Source: Podarcis liolepis (lineage: Eukaryota). Taken from it: a stretch of DNA of 64,000 nucleotides. The position numbers and the translations under genes were made by a program. Where the stretch lies: assembly GCA_965112155.1 (NCBI GenBank), contig OZ218098.1; one strand, given 5' to 3'. The notes under the pieces were generated by a model. The model was not told where the DNA came from, ran no database searches, and was given only the letters and a program-made list of their open reading frames with translations. Shown here piece after piece: positions 1 through 12,290 of this stretch (position 1 is the stretch's first letter; the number at the start of each line of letters is the position of its first letter).

Positions 1-411
1 AACTCCCTAAGATGAGAAATAGGGAGGAATACTCCTAAGGTGGAATCACATCACTATACATGTGAAAAGCCTTGTGATCCTTGCCTGGTACATTAAATGT
101 TATTAATTAAGATCTGACAGCTGTATACACCTGACACTGCTCCTATGCACCTGTTCCAGAATATCTGCTTGAAATGCCATCCCAATACCCTTGTGAGTTC
201 AGTGTACTTCCAGAATTGGTAATACTTCTGCAGTTACTCCAATGCTTAAAAACCATTTTGTTTGCTTCTCTTAAGTTAATCTTTAATTTTTTTTCAGATT
301 AATGGATCAACATAGTCTAGTTTAAAATGCGGACATTTACCAACATTTTATTAACAGCTAACGTATTAATGATACACATTTTCCATTCAAAGCAATTAAT
401 AATGTAAGTAC

Positions 412-450
412 CTGTTTAGAAAGCCACACTTCAGATGTAAACTCATATTT
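412..450 (-). CDS. DPP10: DPP10 coding exon (approx. exon 12), 39 bp
   Basis: ttctttttag|AAA TAT GAG TTT ACA TCT GAA GTG TGG CTT TCT AAA CAG|gtactt; KYEFTSEVWLSKQ versus recalled human KYEMTSDTWLSQQ; phase 0-0. Confidence 0.92.
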
Positions 451-799
451 CTAAAAAGAAATAGATATAAAGTTATAAAATACATATACAAAATCTTGCT
501 AATTGAAAATCATTGCATTTTGCATTTTCCTCTGTTACCTAGTTAAAATGCCACACAAACAGGAATAGCAGCAGGTTGCACTTTGAACCACATAGTTCCT
601 ATAACACAGGCAATTAAGATGGCCTTTTTTAGAGAGCGCGCGCATGCAATTTCTTTGTTGAAACACTGCCTTTTGATTTATTTCCAGGCATCAAAGTGCT
701 GCTGCTGACCTTTGTTTAGGATGCTGAAGAACCACTTTTCCCTGCTGGAGTCTGCTTGCCAATTGGGCTAATCTTTGGAAGCTCTCCTGTGTGTCTCAA

Positions 800-1166
800 C
801 ATCCCCAGAAATATGCTTATTTGAGACTGAGGGAGGACTCTTTTTTTTGGTAGCTGCACCTAGGCTTTCAAACCAGATTCCAAGGGAAACCCATGTTGTC
901 TCCTCAGCAGTGACCTTTCAAAAACATCCCCTTTTTAGAAGGGGTTTTGGCTGTAAACTGCTGGAATTGGTATTAACTGTAAATATTTGAATTTTTTAAA
1001 ATTGATGCATTGTGTTATTATATCCTGCTGCTGTTTTAATGTTAGGTTGTAAAGTATACTTAAGGATTTTACATGTTTCTGGATAATTTATGTTTTTATT
1101 TTCTTTTGTAAGGTGCTTTGAGCTCTTCAGAAAAAAGACAGGATACAAATATTTTAAAATAAATAC
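800..1166 (+). mobile_element. Degraded L2-type LINE 3' end
   Basis: T-rich UTR ending TGTAAGGTGCTTTGAG...GGATACAAATATTTTAAAATAAATA, an L2-like tail; boundaries approximate. Confidence 0.5.
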
Positions 1167-2616
1167 ATGAAGTGGTATCCTAAAGAAGATTAAATTAGCT
1201 ACTGACCCTCTCAGGTGCTAAGACTGGCAGGAGGGCTTTCTTTGTTGTCTCTCCCCCCCCCCTCTCTCCCTCTCTCCCACACACACACACACACACTCCT
1301 ACCCCTGTGTGCAGGGAACAGTGGCCTGGAAGAGGGCTTTCACTGTCGAACCCCCAAATTGCAGAACTCCCTTTTTATAGAGTTGCATCTAGCATCTTCT
1401 TTGTATAGCTTTTGCTGTACGACGAAGAAACATCACTTTTTCCTGGCTTTTGACAGTTAAGGGGTTTTGATTTATGGGACCTTCTTTTGCTAATTTTGTA
1501 CTGTTCTGGCAATAATGGTTTTACTTGCTTTTATAACCGTAACTGTTTTATCTGTTCCTCTAAATGCCTGTTATACCTTATAAACAACTGAATAGGTAAA
1601 TTAAATAGCATGTACTCGGTACTCAGCTCTGATCTAACTCCTGGAAAGTTTTGGATTGGTCACCACTAATTTGAGTAGGAAGGCTTTTAAAAACATATGT
1701 CATTTGTTTGGGAGTGAACGTGTATTTTGATAGCTAGCATTTCAATGATAGTATATCGGAAGCATACAAACAATGAACAATACACCTATATACAGTGTCT
1801 TTGCAACATAGCTCTGTCACACAATATCAAATAATGTTTGATTTTATTATTTCAGCCCATCATGACTGAATATTTATTTTATGGTTCTTTTGCTTAACAA
1901 TTATACATCAAAAGGAAATATTTAGATTAGCTAACTGTTCAGTGAAAAAAGTGAGCAAATGCGTGTGCTTGAATAATATTTACAAAAAGTGTGTTATTAG
2001 GAAACATTTCTAAAATGCATGTAAACAGTAGTAAGGCTGAAGTTCTAAATCTCCTGCTATTTTTTATGATTCTCAGCCTTACTCTGAGAGTTGAACTCAA
2101 ATGTTTTGCTTAGACATAAATCACACTTATGTCAATAACTCTGATAATGAAGAGTACTCTTGTGGTTACTAACACTGCTGGAACACAGATTTATCTTTGG
2201 CTAAAGGGCCAATTATTGGCACTGCTGTTTGCTAAGTGCTTCCAAAGACCCTACTGAGAATCCAAATGTTTCCTCGGTGTATTGAATTTTGGCAGGTAGA
2301 AATCTGTGTGGAACTCATGCTTCCTCTCCACACACCCAGCAGCCCTCCCTACTAGATTATCATGCCCAACTTTTGAGAGGAAGTAAAAGCATGGCAGCGG
2401 AGCAGGTGTTTGTGTGTTTTTCCATTCAGAACAATGTGTTCCACATTATTTCAACCCCAAGGTGAATTCTAACTCATGGAAATAAATTGGCCTCTGGCAC
2501 TGGCAGGAAAACAAGCAAACAAATTAAAAATAAGGACCAAAAGCATGTGCTCTGCATACAGGGACAATAACTGTAAATCTATCCTATGAAAACGATAACA
2601 AAAATAAATTGCATAC

Positions 2617-2740
2617 CATGCTACAAGCACCAGTTGTCGTCTCGCACACTGTAAGGATGGACAGGTTCTGAGGTCTGTTTAACCACCGCACGACAGTTTT
2701 AGTATTGCTGACCCACTTCACCATCATTATGTAATATTCT
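2617..2740 (-). CDS. DPP10: DPP10 coding exon (approx. exon 11), 124 bp
   Basis: tctgccatag|A GAA TAT TAC...AGC ATG|gtatgc; translates (R)[41 protein letters not shown]. Confidence 0.96.
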
Positions 2741-2939
2741 CTATGGCAGATACACATTTAAAAATACAGTGGTTATATTGTTCCCACATAAGCTGTGAAA
2801 TTACATCCTGCGCACTGCGATAAAGGACACTGATCCATTATTCCACTCAGCATTATACTGGTAACAAACCACATTCCAAGACCGCATTCAGATTCAACAT
2901 GCAAAACATACATAGTGAAATTATTGTACAGTGACTGTA

Positions 2940-3148
2940 CAGTGGTACCTCTGGTTACGTACTTAATTCGTTCTGGAGGTCCGTTTTTAACCTGAAACTG
3001 TTCTTAACCTGAAGCACCACTTTAGCTAATGGGGCCTCCAACTGCTGGTGCGCTGTTCTCATCCTGAAGCAAAGTTCTTAACCAGAGGCACTATTTCTGG
3101 GTTAGCAGAGTTTGTAACCTGAAGCGTATGTAACCTGAGGTAACACTG
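2940..3148 (+). mobile_element. Tc1/mariner-superfamily (Tigger/pogo-like) MITE family A, copy 1
   Basis: TA|CAGTGGTACCTC...GAGGTAACACTG|TA termini with TA duplication; homologous to four other copies in the window; internally shortened (209 bp). Confidence 0.9.
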
Positions 3149-4659
3149 TACTGTATTTTACAAAACTGACATAACAATTGGTTTACTGGTTACTGGCTGT
3201 CATGTTGCTCTTAACAACTTAAGTTGCCTTATGTTTTACAGTTTTGCTTTAGGTTTTGTAACAAACAGTAGTGTTTTCAGTGATATGAAGTAGTCAGAAA
3301 TAATGTAAAATGCCAAGGACATTCTGCAAACACCCTGTGCAAAAAGGGTAGCCGACAAAGCAGCACAGATACTTGCGTCCATGGAAAAAAAGAAAAGAAT
3401 AATAATAATCCCCAGCACTGTATTGCCAAATAGATTGCCTGCCTGCAAACATTTGTAGCTAAATCGGTTTTATCAGTGCTCCAGAAAAATGCTCTCTCCT
3501 TCTAAATCCTTGTTAGATTGCCATGATGAAACTGTTACCAAGACCACCTAGTACAATCTGTCATGTCTAGGCAGTTCAGTATATTATTTGTGGCTACTGA
3601 CAAACAGCTATCACCTATCATACTCTACGAGCAGACTCCTTACCCACCAGACCTTCTATGAGAAATGTGGGCTGTTGAGGAGGCTGCGACACTCAGTGCT
3701 AGTACTGGGGGCGGGGTTAAGGTAAATGAAGGATACGCATCATTGTAACCTCATTAAGGTAAGTATCACTCCCAATCCACACACCCCAAAATTTCAGGGA
3801 ATATCTTCACATTTTCTCTCATTTTTACAGGGAATTCCCAATGTTCAGGGGTGTTGACTTTTCACCTTTCTCTTCCACACAAAAGCCTCAGAAACAGCAC
3901 CCCCCTAATTTAAGCTACTCTAGGAACCTGGGATGCAATTTTCAAGTACTGTACTGAGTGAAGCAAAACTCTATTATCTTATACAATGCTACACAAAAGA
4001 CAGTGGCTTCAAGAATGCAACTCTAAGCACATTTTAGATCATAGCATATGGATAACATGACATTAATGTAGTTTTGATTAAATATTCATTATTGTTTTTA
4101 CTGAAATATATATATGTATATTTCCAAACTGTAGGAATGATGAATCACACTTATGTATAGATATAGGTATAAACACACACACACAGACACACACGAGGTA
4201 TTTCTACAGATGTGCATGCAAAGACTGAGAGATACAGTTCAGAACAGCATAGCTGAATGAATGAATGAATTCATAGTTGAATATGCCCTGACATCTGTGG
4301 CATTTGGGAATGTTTTACTACCCATTCTACCTGATGTTTAGCACCTATTTGATTAGCAATGAACTTTAACAAGTCATCTTTCTATGCATCACATACCATC
4401 TCTTTGGGAAAGTATGTTTTGGTGCTTTTCCCCTTTTAATTTGATGATTCAAATTGTTTGTATTAAAATGCATTCTAATACATTTATTAGAATAAAAAAA
4501 CTGTCAGAATCCAGCCTGGGTCATCCAAACCCCAGCAGCACAGAGCAAGACCAAGAAAGAAATCTTAACATACACAGTCATTAGAGTAAGGACTGTTTTC
4601 AATGTATATACAGTAACACACAATTTCTGTGGAGTGGGGGAAGAAAGGATAGAAATTGG

Positions 4660-4662
<3 letters not shown>

Positions 4663-4733
<71 letters not shown>
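4663..4733. repeat. Compound (CT)n/(CA)n microsatellite
   Basis: Direct reading. Confidence 0.95.
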
Positions 4734-6130
4734 CTTATATATGAATGGTTTATACTGCTTTAGAGCAGCAATATTCAGTAACCAGAGCATGATTTCATAG
4801 ATAAAATGGATTTTCCTAGAAATGTACATGGTCCTCAAGGCTTCTGTAAAGTAACAGCAGAATGGATTTTTAAACGATCTCCAACTCAAAAAGAATATAT
4901 CAAATGCATTGAGCTTTTAGTAAGAATGTATGAACCACAGTTTTAAAAACAAGACTGTTGTCACTTTGATCTGCAGCATTCTTGCAATCTTCCAGCTGGT
5001 GGGATATTACTTATGTGCCTACACTTGGTTGAAATGATTAGAGAAAGCCATGTTTGATAGTCAGAGCCAGAAGGATGAGTTAGAAGCATTTCCAGGTATG
5101 ACTGAGTCTTGGTATGGTACAATCAGGTCACATCTACACTATATGTGCACATTTCTACCACTTTCACAGGCTTGGCTTCCCTCAAAGAATCCTGGATGGG
5201 CTTTACTAAGGTAATGGCTACAGGTTCTAGTTCTGGGATTGGTCAGTTTCCATAAATAACTTTGTGCTTAAAAGAGAAGGGAAGCATCAATATTCTAGGA
5301 ATTCTATAAAAACTTTATTGGAATACAAGCCTATGAGTGGGATTACCAGTTTAAAGAGAGTGTCAATTTTGGGCATTAAATATGCAAAGAATTATCTGTG
5401 TTTCCAAGTAAGAAAAGAGATGGAACAGAAACTGGCAAGCTGTAACTTAGTGGCTATAGTCTCCTGATACTGGTTGGCTATGATGTCAAGAGAACCTGAA
5501 CAGAGGTGGCCATACTCTGTAATGGTCCCTTGTGCAAAATCCTCTTCTTTTTGTAGGGGAGGCTCCAAATTGAGTTTGATGATATACCTGTATCCAACTA
5601 CATACCTTCTGATCAGAGGTGAAATATGATTATGAAGAGAAGACGTTTAATTAAATATAATGTCTGTGTCTTCACTATCTAGAAATCATAGATCCATATT
5701 TATATTTAATATTAACTAACATGACAAAGCTATATTAGAATAATAATCTAATTAACACCAGTAACTTTAAATTCGTTCAGTTCGAAATTTAAGGATATTT
5801 GTGAGCTGGGTGGGCCCCTTAGATCCTATGGGCCCCATGCATCTCACTCCCAGTATGCTGTTTATGACAACCACTAAATCTGGACCAAGTTATTATGCAG
5901 AAAGGATTGTACTTCAGTTCCATTGCATTGTAATACATTGGCCATTACAAGCCTTATAATAAAGATACAGTCTATTTAAACCCAAGCTGATAGTCCTGCT
6001 GTTTTTTCCAGCTACATGTTACTTCCAGAAAACTGTTGCAGGACTGTTAACTTAAACCGAGATTAACTTCAATTTATTTGTGCATGTAGAGAGTCACAGA
6101 TAGTTAATTTTCAGATGACATACTGCTTAC

Positions 6131-6228
6131 CTTGATATAAAGCCATCTGGTGGCATGAGTTCCAATGTATGTGTTGGTCCATACAGATTGACTACGTATA
6201 ACTTGACTGTTGGATTCATTTCTCCTGC
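6131..6228 (-). CDS. DPP10: DPP10 coding exon (approx. exon 10), 98 bp
   Basis: cttttcaaag|GCA GGA GAA...TCA AG|gtaagc; translates AGEMNPTVKLYVVNLYGPTHTLELMPPDGFIS(R). Confidence 0.96.
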
Positions 6229-6449
6229 CTTTGAAAAGAATGGATGAATAAGAGTGATATGTATTTGCAAAGACACAGAGAAGAACCACAGCTGTATGTC
6301 AAAATGTTAAAAGATGGATAGCATAGCTAACCAATTGTCATCGAATACATACATTAGTTGAATTCATGTGTCTTAACCAATTGTTGAGAATGCACAACCC
6401 TATGCTCCCAGCTATGAGGCCATGAATGACTACATACAAGAAAACATAT

Positions 6450-7231
6450 TGTCAGGGGTTCAGGGACAGAGGCACAGGGGAGGCAGGAGATGGAGAGCGA
6501 TGGGGATGAATCGCAGGACAGCGAGGAAGAGGATGACAATGACTCAAGGCATTCCATGAGTCTTTCCAGCAAATCAGAGGATTCCCAGAAGGGGGCGCCG
6601 GTGGTCAAGGCAAGGGGAGCCCCAGGGGGGACGTGTCAGGAGCAGGGGGCCAGAGGGGGATCCCAAAGTGGCAGCTGGGCGTCTGGACCAGCCTCCCCGC
6701 CAGAGTGCAGCAAAGGGGGTGGAGGTTCCAGTGTATCAGGAGAAGCAGCTCCGGCAGGAGAAAGGGAAGGGGGGTCGGAGCAAGCCACCCTCCCGGAAGG
6801 GGAGGGGAGTAGTGAAGGGAGTAGTGTAACTGTCAAAAGGAAGGTTAGAGGTTGGGCGCGCGCGCCAAGTTCAAATGTGGAGGCGCACAAGAACAGGGAG
6901 CCCGGAGGAGGAGCCAAGTCCCAAAGCCCGCAGGAGGGAGGGAGAGCAGTCTGGGGATTCCCCGGCAGGGGAATGCAGGAGGGGCGAAACCCCAGCGGGC
7001 AGGAAGACCCTGCGGAAAAGGAAAGAAAGGAAGAGGTGGAGCAGCGCAAGCCTCTTAAACTGGTGTAGGGGAGGGACGGACTCAGAGGGGACTTCAGCGG
7101 TCTAAGCGTAACAGACGTGGGGCTGCACGCCTCAGTTGTGGAACCAATAATGAACTGCAATAAACATCCTTGTATATAAGAAGAACTTGGCGTTGGTCTT
7201 TTGTGAGCTGAGACCTGAGGCAGCCCTGACA
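6450..7231 (+). mobile_element. Solo LTR (Gypsy-like), 782 bp
   Basis: Begins TGTCAGGG, ends CCCTGACA (8-bp terminal inverted repeat, TG..CA); perfect 5-bp TSD CATAT at 6445-6449 and 7232-7236; AATAAA near 7159; abrupt GC/purine-rich composition against AT-rich flanks. Confidence 0.88.
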
Positions 7232-8957
7232 CATATATTCCTGTAGGCCTGGTGGAATGTATTACATATCCAGAGTAAAATGATTTAAAAACATGGATTT
7301 TAATCTAAAATGGGGGGAAAGAACAACTATTATTGAAAACATTTACTTTCTGGATGGACTATTCTGACTCCTGTCTTTGTAGTTTGGGGAAAATGTGTAC
7401 TGCATACACAAAATATTGTAAAAGTGGAGATCAGGCTTTCAAGTTAAGCTGTGTAAAAAGAAAGAAAAACACCTAACCTTAGTTATCACTTGCTTGCAGC
7501 CCAAATATGCTGCTGCCATGGTGTTACTTTGGTGTGTGTTTTTTAATCTTCTTCGTTGCTGACTGATTCTAGCTAATCAGGAATTATATAGTGACTACAT
7601 TATCAAGGCATCAGAGAGCCAATCAGGACCACTTCACGACACCACTGAGGGCAAATGAATCTCTCAGATTGTCCTTATTCTGATGGGCGATGGATGTGTC
7701 ATCACTGCTGCAGAAAGCAAGCAGTCTGGCATTCTTTTCTCATTGCATATGTGTTTTCACTGAAATAATTCAAGTCATAGATGGCCAGCTGCATGGCAGA
7801 ATTTGGGCAGAACCTGAATGTGGATGTCATCCATATGCATTTCATTCCTTTCACTGAAATGTCCATTTGAATGTGTAATGCCATCCCAATAATGTTGCAC
7901 TGAATCAACTACATATATTATGAGATTAGGATGAGGGAATGTTGCCTAAACAAGAGGGATGTGCTCTGTCTTCCCTGACACCCATCACCTTGTAAACACT
8001 TTTCACAAGGGGATGTCAAAGTTGCTGAAAAGGACTGGTGCTTTTTGTATGGGATGAAAGCATTTGTAAAAAGTGCCATGGAAACCCTATTTTGGCTCAG
8101 CAGCAGTCATAAATATTCCAGTAGTAATGAAGTGGAATACTGTACTGCAATAACAAAGTCCTTTGTCAATATTACCAGATCACTAGCTTCATAATTAATT
8201 ACGGTGAATTGAAAGCTAACAGAAGTATTAAATAAAGGTAAAGGTTTTATTACCATAATTCTGCATTGCCTGTGATAAATGGAACTAGACTTTCATTTCC
8301 TCTTCCCAAAGCTTAATTTTATTGTACAGCTTGTCTTTAATTTTGTTTTCCTTTTGGCACTATAGAATAAGACATTGCTAAAGAAAACTAACAAAGCGAT
8401 TCTAGAGATTAATTTTCCTGCTACTGAAAAGAAACAGGATATCAACTGATTTATTAAGTAAAAATAGTGTTGCCATTCAGTTGTAGGCACTGTCATATCA
8501 TTTAACAATTTAATTTAGTTAAATGGAATAATTGTAACTGTCAAACAGATCCTATTACACGATAATATTATTAACTTGTTATGTTTATATTAGTTTTTAT
8601 TTATGATTTACTAATATTGATAGGTGAATTCAAATATTCACAGCAAAAAAAATCCTTGAAATCTTGCTGATCCAAATGCTTGTAAAAAATACCCAAACCC
8701 TCCTGATGTGCATCATATGTAGTTATATTAATATATTATGTTGTCCTATACTAAACAAAAGAGCTTTTGCTTTGTTCTTTAATCCAGAAAAGAACAAAGC
8801 TTTTGTGGCTTTTTGAGAAAACAGTGTGTACAGTAATTTCTGTAAAAACCATGACAACAAAAAAATGGCTTCCTTTCCTTTTTGAAATAACTGTTTTGGT
8901 AACACTGAACACTATACCTTATGCAAGTAATGAAGATTGTATGTAAAGTTTCCTTAC

Positions 8958-9112
8958 CTTTGGATAAGGGTACTGTTTTCCTCTGGGATACAGGAATCCA
9001 GTAAACCGGGGAATAACCATGTTTGGTACCAATGAGTCGTTTATCATAAGAAATGCCAGCCTCTCTCCATCAGGTGACCACCAGTGAGTTATGTGAGAAT
9101 GAAGGAGCTCCT
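8958..9112 (-). CDS. DPP10: DPP10 coding exon (approx. exon 9), 155 bp
   Basis: cctcccccag|AG GAG CTC...CCA AAG|gtaagg; translates (E)[51 protein letters not shown]; WWSPDG and YPYPK are family motifs and ELLHSH is DPP10-like rather than DPP6/DPP4. Confidence 0.97.
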
Positions 9113-9787
9113 CTGGGGGAGGGGAGGGAAAATGTTCTTAAAACCCATGAAATTAACAATTTTCATATATAATTCAGATCCCAATCTGAGGGAAGAATCC
9201 CAATCCACTGGTGCCCACAACAGCTTCACCACTTTCTCCACTGTCGTCTAAAGTCTGACTGAAGATTGCTTTATATACACATTTTGCTACTGTTGGCAAA
9301 CTTCCTACTGTTAAAAATAAATCAAACAGAGCAAACAGACAATGCTACATTATTTTGTACCAGTTAGGCCATAGCACAGCCAGGAGGCTGTGATTTTGTA
9401 TATTCAATTAGATTAGTACTGTTTTGAAATCTGTTCTTCAATATCTCAAAAAAAAAAATTTTTTTTTTACTGCAAAAAGGCTTTTCTTTTCCTTTTTCGT
9501 AGATCTCATTCTCAGAATACTTAGAATTTCTGTGATTGTGGGGTTTCAGCTTACTTTATTCTTTCGAGCTGACCCAAGGTGGTGTGTCTGTTTCCTCTCC
9601 AGTAAACCTTTCTGCAGTCTCCTTAGCTGCTCACACTTCCTGATCTGAAAACACTCAATTGGAGGAGTAACCTCATGATATCTTTACCTAGTCTTCATCT
9701 GTGGAAAGCTGGAGAGGCTGCAGAGTGAAGACCACTGGTGGGATGATTTAATGAATGAAAGAAACAGACACCTGAGAATTTCATTGA

Positions 9788-9789
<2 letters not shown>

Positions 9790-9842
<53 letters not shown>
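9790..9842. repeat. Compound (TC)n(TA)n microsatellite
   Basis: Direct reading. Confidence 0.95.
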
Positions 9843-10449
9843 AGTGGCTGTATCTCCTTCCATAGTCTTGTGAAAAATATAAATTGAGATGCTGCAGGAA
9901 GAAATGTAAAATGCCAACAGCTTTTTAGCTGCCTTGCATGAACCACAATTTCTAATGCTTGTCTTTATAACCACAGATTACTTCCAGGGCACTGTTGGGT
10001 CCCTTATTATTCTGCATCCCTATATTTATTTGTATCAGAATAGTTATATGCAACCAAAGTATAATATTTGTGATGCAATGCAAAACTAATAGTCATATTT
10101 ATAAGTTGAACATAATCATATACAATTTCTGCAAATATGCCAATGAAAAATAGGTGGAGTAATTTTCAGGGCTGTTATGCAAAATAATGTATGTTCTTGT
10201 TCTGTTCCCTTCCCCATACAATAGTTTTCTTCTTGAAACAAGAAAATAAGAAGGATTTTGACAATTTAAATGATCACAAACAAAAGCTTATATATAGGCA
10301 TCCCTTTGTTATAATGCAGACAATTTTGCAAGAAAGCATTAAAAAGAAAAATCAACAGCATTGTCCTATAATGAACAGATTGTTCTCAGAAAAATTGAAT
10401 GCATGTATGTCCTCTGCATTTCTAATAAAGTTGCATCTGTGCAATTTAC

Positions 10450-10570
10450 CTTCATATAACCAGTCTGCAATTCCGTTAAATACAATTCCTTCTTTTCCAG
10501 ACGATGTTAGTCGCAATGAGCTACTCTTTACATCAGGCTGGTAGTAGATGTTATTTTCAAAAATGTAAAT
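10450..10570 (-). CDS. DPP10: DPP10 coding exon (approx. exon 8), 121 bp
   Basis: ttaatttag|ATT TAC ATT...TAT GAA G|gtaaat; translates IYIFENNIYYQPDVKSSSLRLTSSGKEGIVFNGIADWLYE(E), with the DPP IV-family NG.xDW.YEEE motif completed by the next exon. Confidence 0.96.
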
Positions 10571-11935
10571 CTAAATTAAGTAAGAGGGGGAAAGGTTTAA
10601 TGCAGAAGCTAATGAATATTTTCAAGTTCAGTGACAGGGGAAAAAATATGCAGTTTAATAATATTTTGTACTGTAAAGGATAACTCTAGTTTTCCACCAG
10701 CCATTTCCTTCCATTTACTGCTTTTTATTGTGATGTAGATTCCAGACATTACCAGAATGTGGAAGTGGATAGAAGCTGAATAACACACATTCACATTCAC
10801 CCTGTTGACCCTCTCACAACTCCAAAATATTCTCATTCATCTACATAGCAAATGTTGTTTTGCTTCATGCTGTTCCTGAGAGGGACCAAGATAGTAGGGC
10901 TGTATGCTGAAATAGGACTGAAACTGAAGGACATAGCTGATATCCACAAGCTAAAGCTTATTTTGCTATTTCATCGTCTCTATATTCTAGTTTTCTGGAA
11001 GTCCTACAACCTGTGTTATGGCCACCCAGCTGTGTCAGCTGTCCTCCTGTCATTGTTGGACCATAAATATTCCATCTGTTAGTGGAGCTGAGAGTTGTTA
11101 GTGCACAGTAGACCTAATGCACTTTACAGTTTAGTTGCTGAATATCCCGTCCCTCTGTGAGCTGGGCCCAGCAAATCCCCTCAGAACCCACCTCACCAGA
11201 GCAGCTCCCTCTGCCTCTCCCTCCCTTGCAGCTGGGCTCCAACTCCAACCACGTCACAGTGTAGTGACCCAGCAGCGAAATGTGTAGCCCCACAAGAAAC
11301 AGGAAGGGAAGGGAGAATGTGCAGTCATTTCCTAACCTCGCCCCATGATGTGCTCGGCTTTCCCTCTCTGCCCTTGCCACCTAAGATCAGTTCCTCCTCT
11401 CCAGATATCTGGTAAACATATCCATTCATAATTATATTTATTAATCTACCTGTGCTTTTTTCTAGAAAAAAAGGTGCCAGTACATACCACCAGAAAAAAG
11501 AACTGGTCCCACATATATGACTTTTTAGTTACCATTCTAATTCCAGGGTCCACCAGCCACCATATGCATATAAATTGATTTGATGCATGTGTTCTTGTTG
11601 TTTTGCTCTCTCTCTGTATACTTTTAAAAAAAAGTATTTATGGAAATATTGTAACTGTTTATATGTTTTCATTATATTGTAATTCGCTTTGGGATGCCTC
11701 GTGTGAAGAGAATCATAAATGAAATAAGCATATATCTCCAATATGGATACTAGCACTCCAAACCAGAACTGTGAATTCTCATTTCAGAATAAAAAAACTA
11801 TAGTTCCACACAGTATACACAAAGGGTTGTATACTGGATCCCTTATGGACAGGCCATGAAGTGTTACAGCATTAGACCAAAAATGGTGGTCCTCTAATAA
11901 GTGGCTATTTTTTCCTAGGTTTTTAAAAACATTTA

Positions 11936-12268
11936 CAGTGGTGCCTCGCAAGACGAAAAGAATCCGTTATGTGATTCTCTTCGTCTAGCGGTTTTTTCGT
12001 CTTGCGAAGCAAGCCCATTGACAGATTAGCGGATTAGCGCTATTAGCGGCTTTTAGCGGCTTATCGGCTGATCGGATCAGCTGATAAGCGGATTAGCGGC
12101 TTAGAAAAAGGGGGGGAGGGAAAAAACCCGCAGGAACTCGCAAGACATTGTCGTCTTGCGAAGCAAGCCCATAGGAAATTCGTCTAGCGAAGCACCTCCA
12201 AAATGGAAAACTCTTTCGTCTAGCGAATTTTCCGTCTTGCGAGGCATTCGTCTTGCGGGGCACCACTG
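11936..12268. mobile_element. Tc1/mariner-superfamily (Tigger-like) MITE family B
   Basis: TIRs CAGTGGTGCCTCGCAAGACG / CGTCTTGCGGGGCACCACTG with TA on both sides; CpG-rich; repeated CGTCT(T/A)GCG motif. Confidence 0.88.
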
Positions 12269-12290
12269 TATTCCTTTCCTTATTCATTTA

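Noticed and set aside
6636-7232. 198-aa minus-strand ORF (and overlapping plus ORFs) as a host gene
   Set aside because: Lies essentially within the solo LTR; low-complexity Pro/Ser or Gly/Glu composition with no recognisable domain
9687-9770. Possible extra DPP10 cassette exon (AG...TAG|GTAAAG on minus strand) between two real exons
   Set aside because: The flanking exons already join in frame with no gap relative to DPP10, and the segment has no similarity to the family
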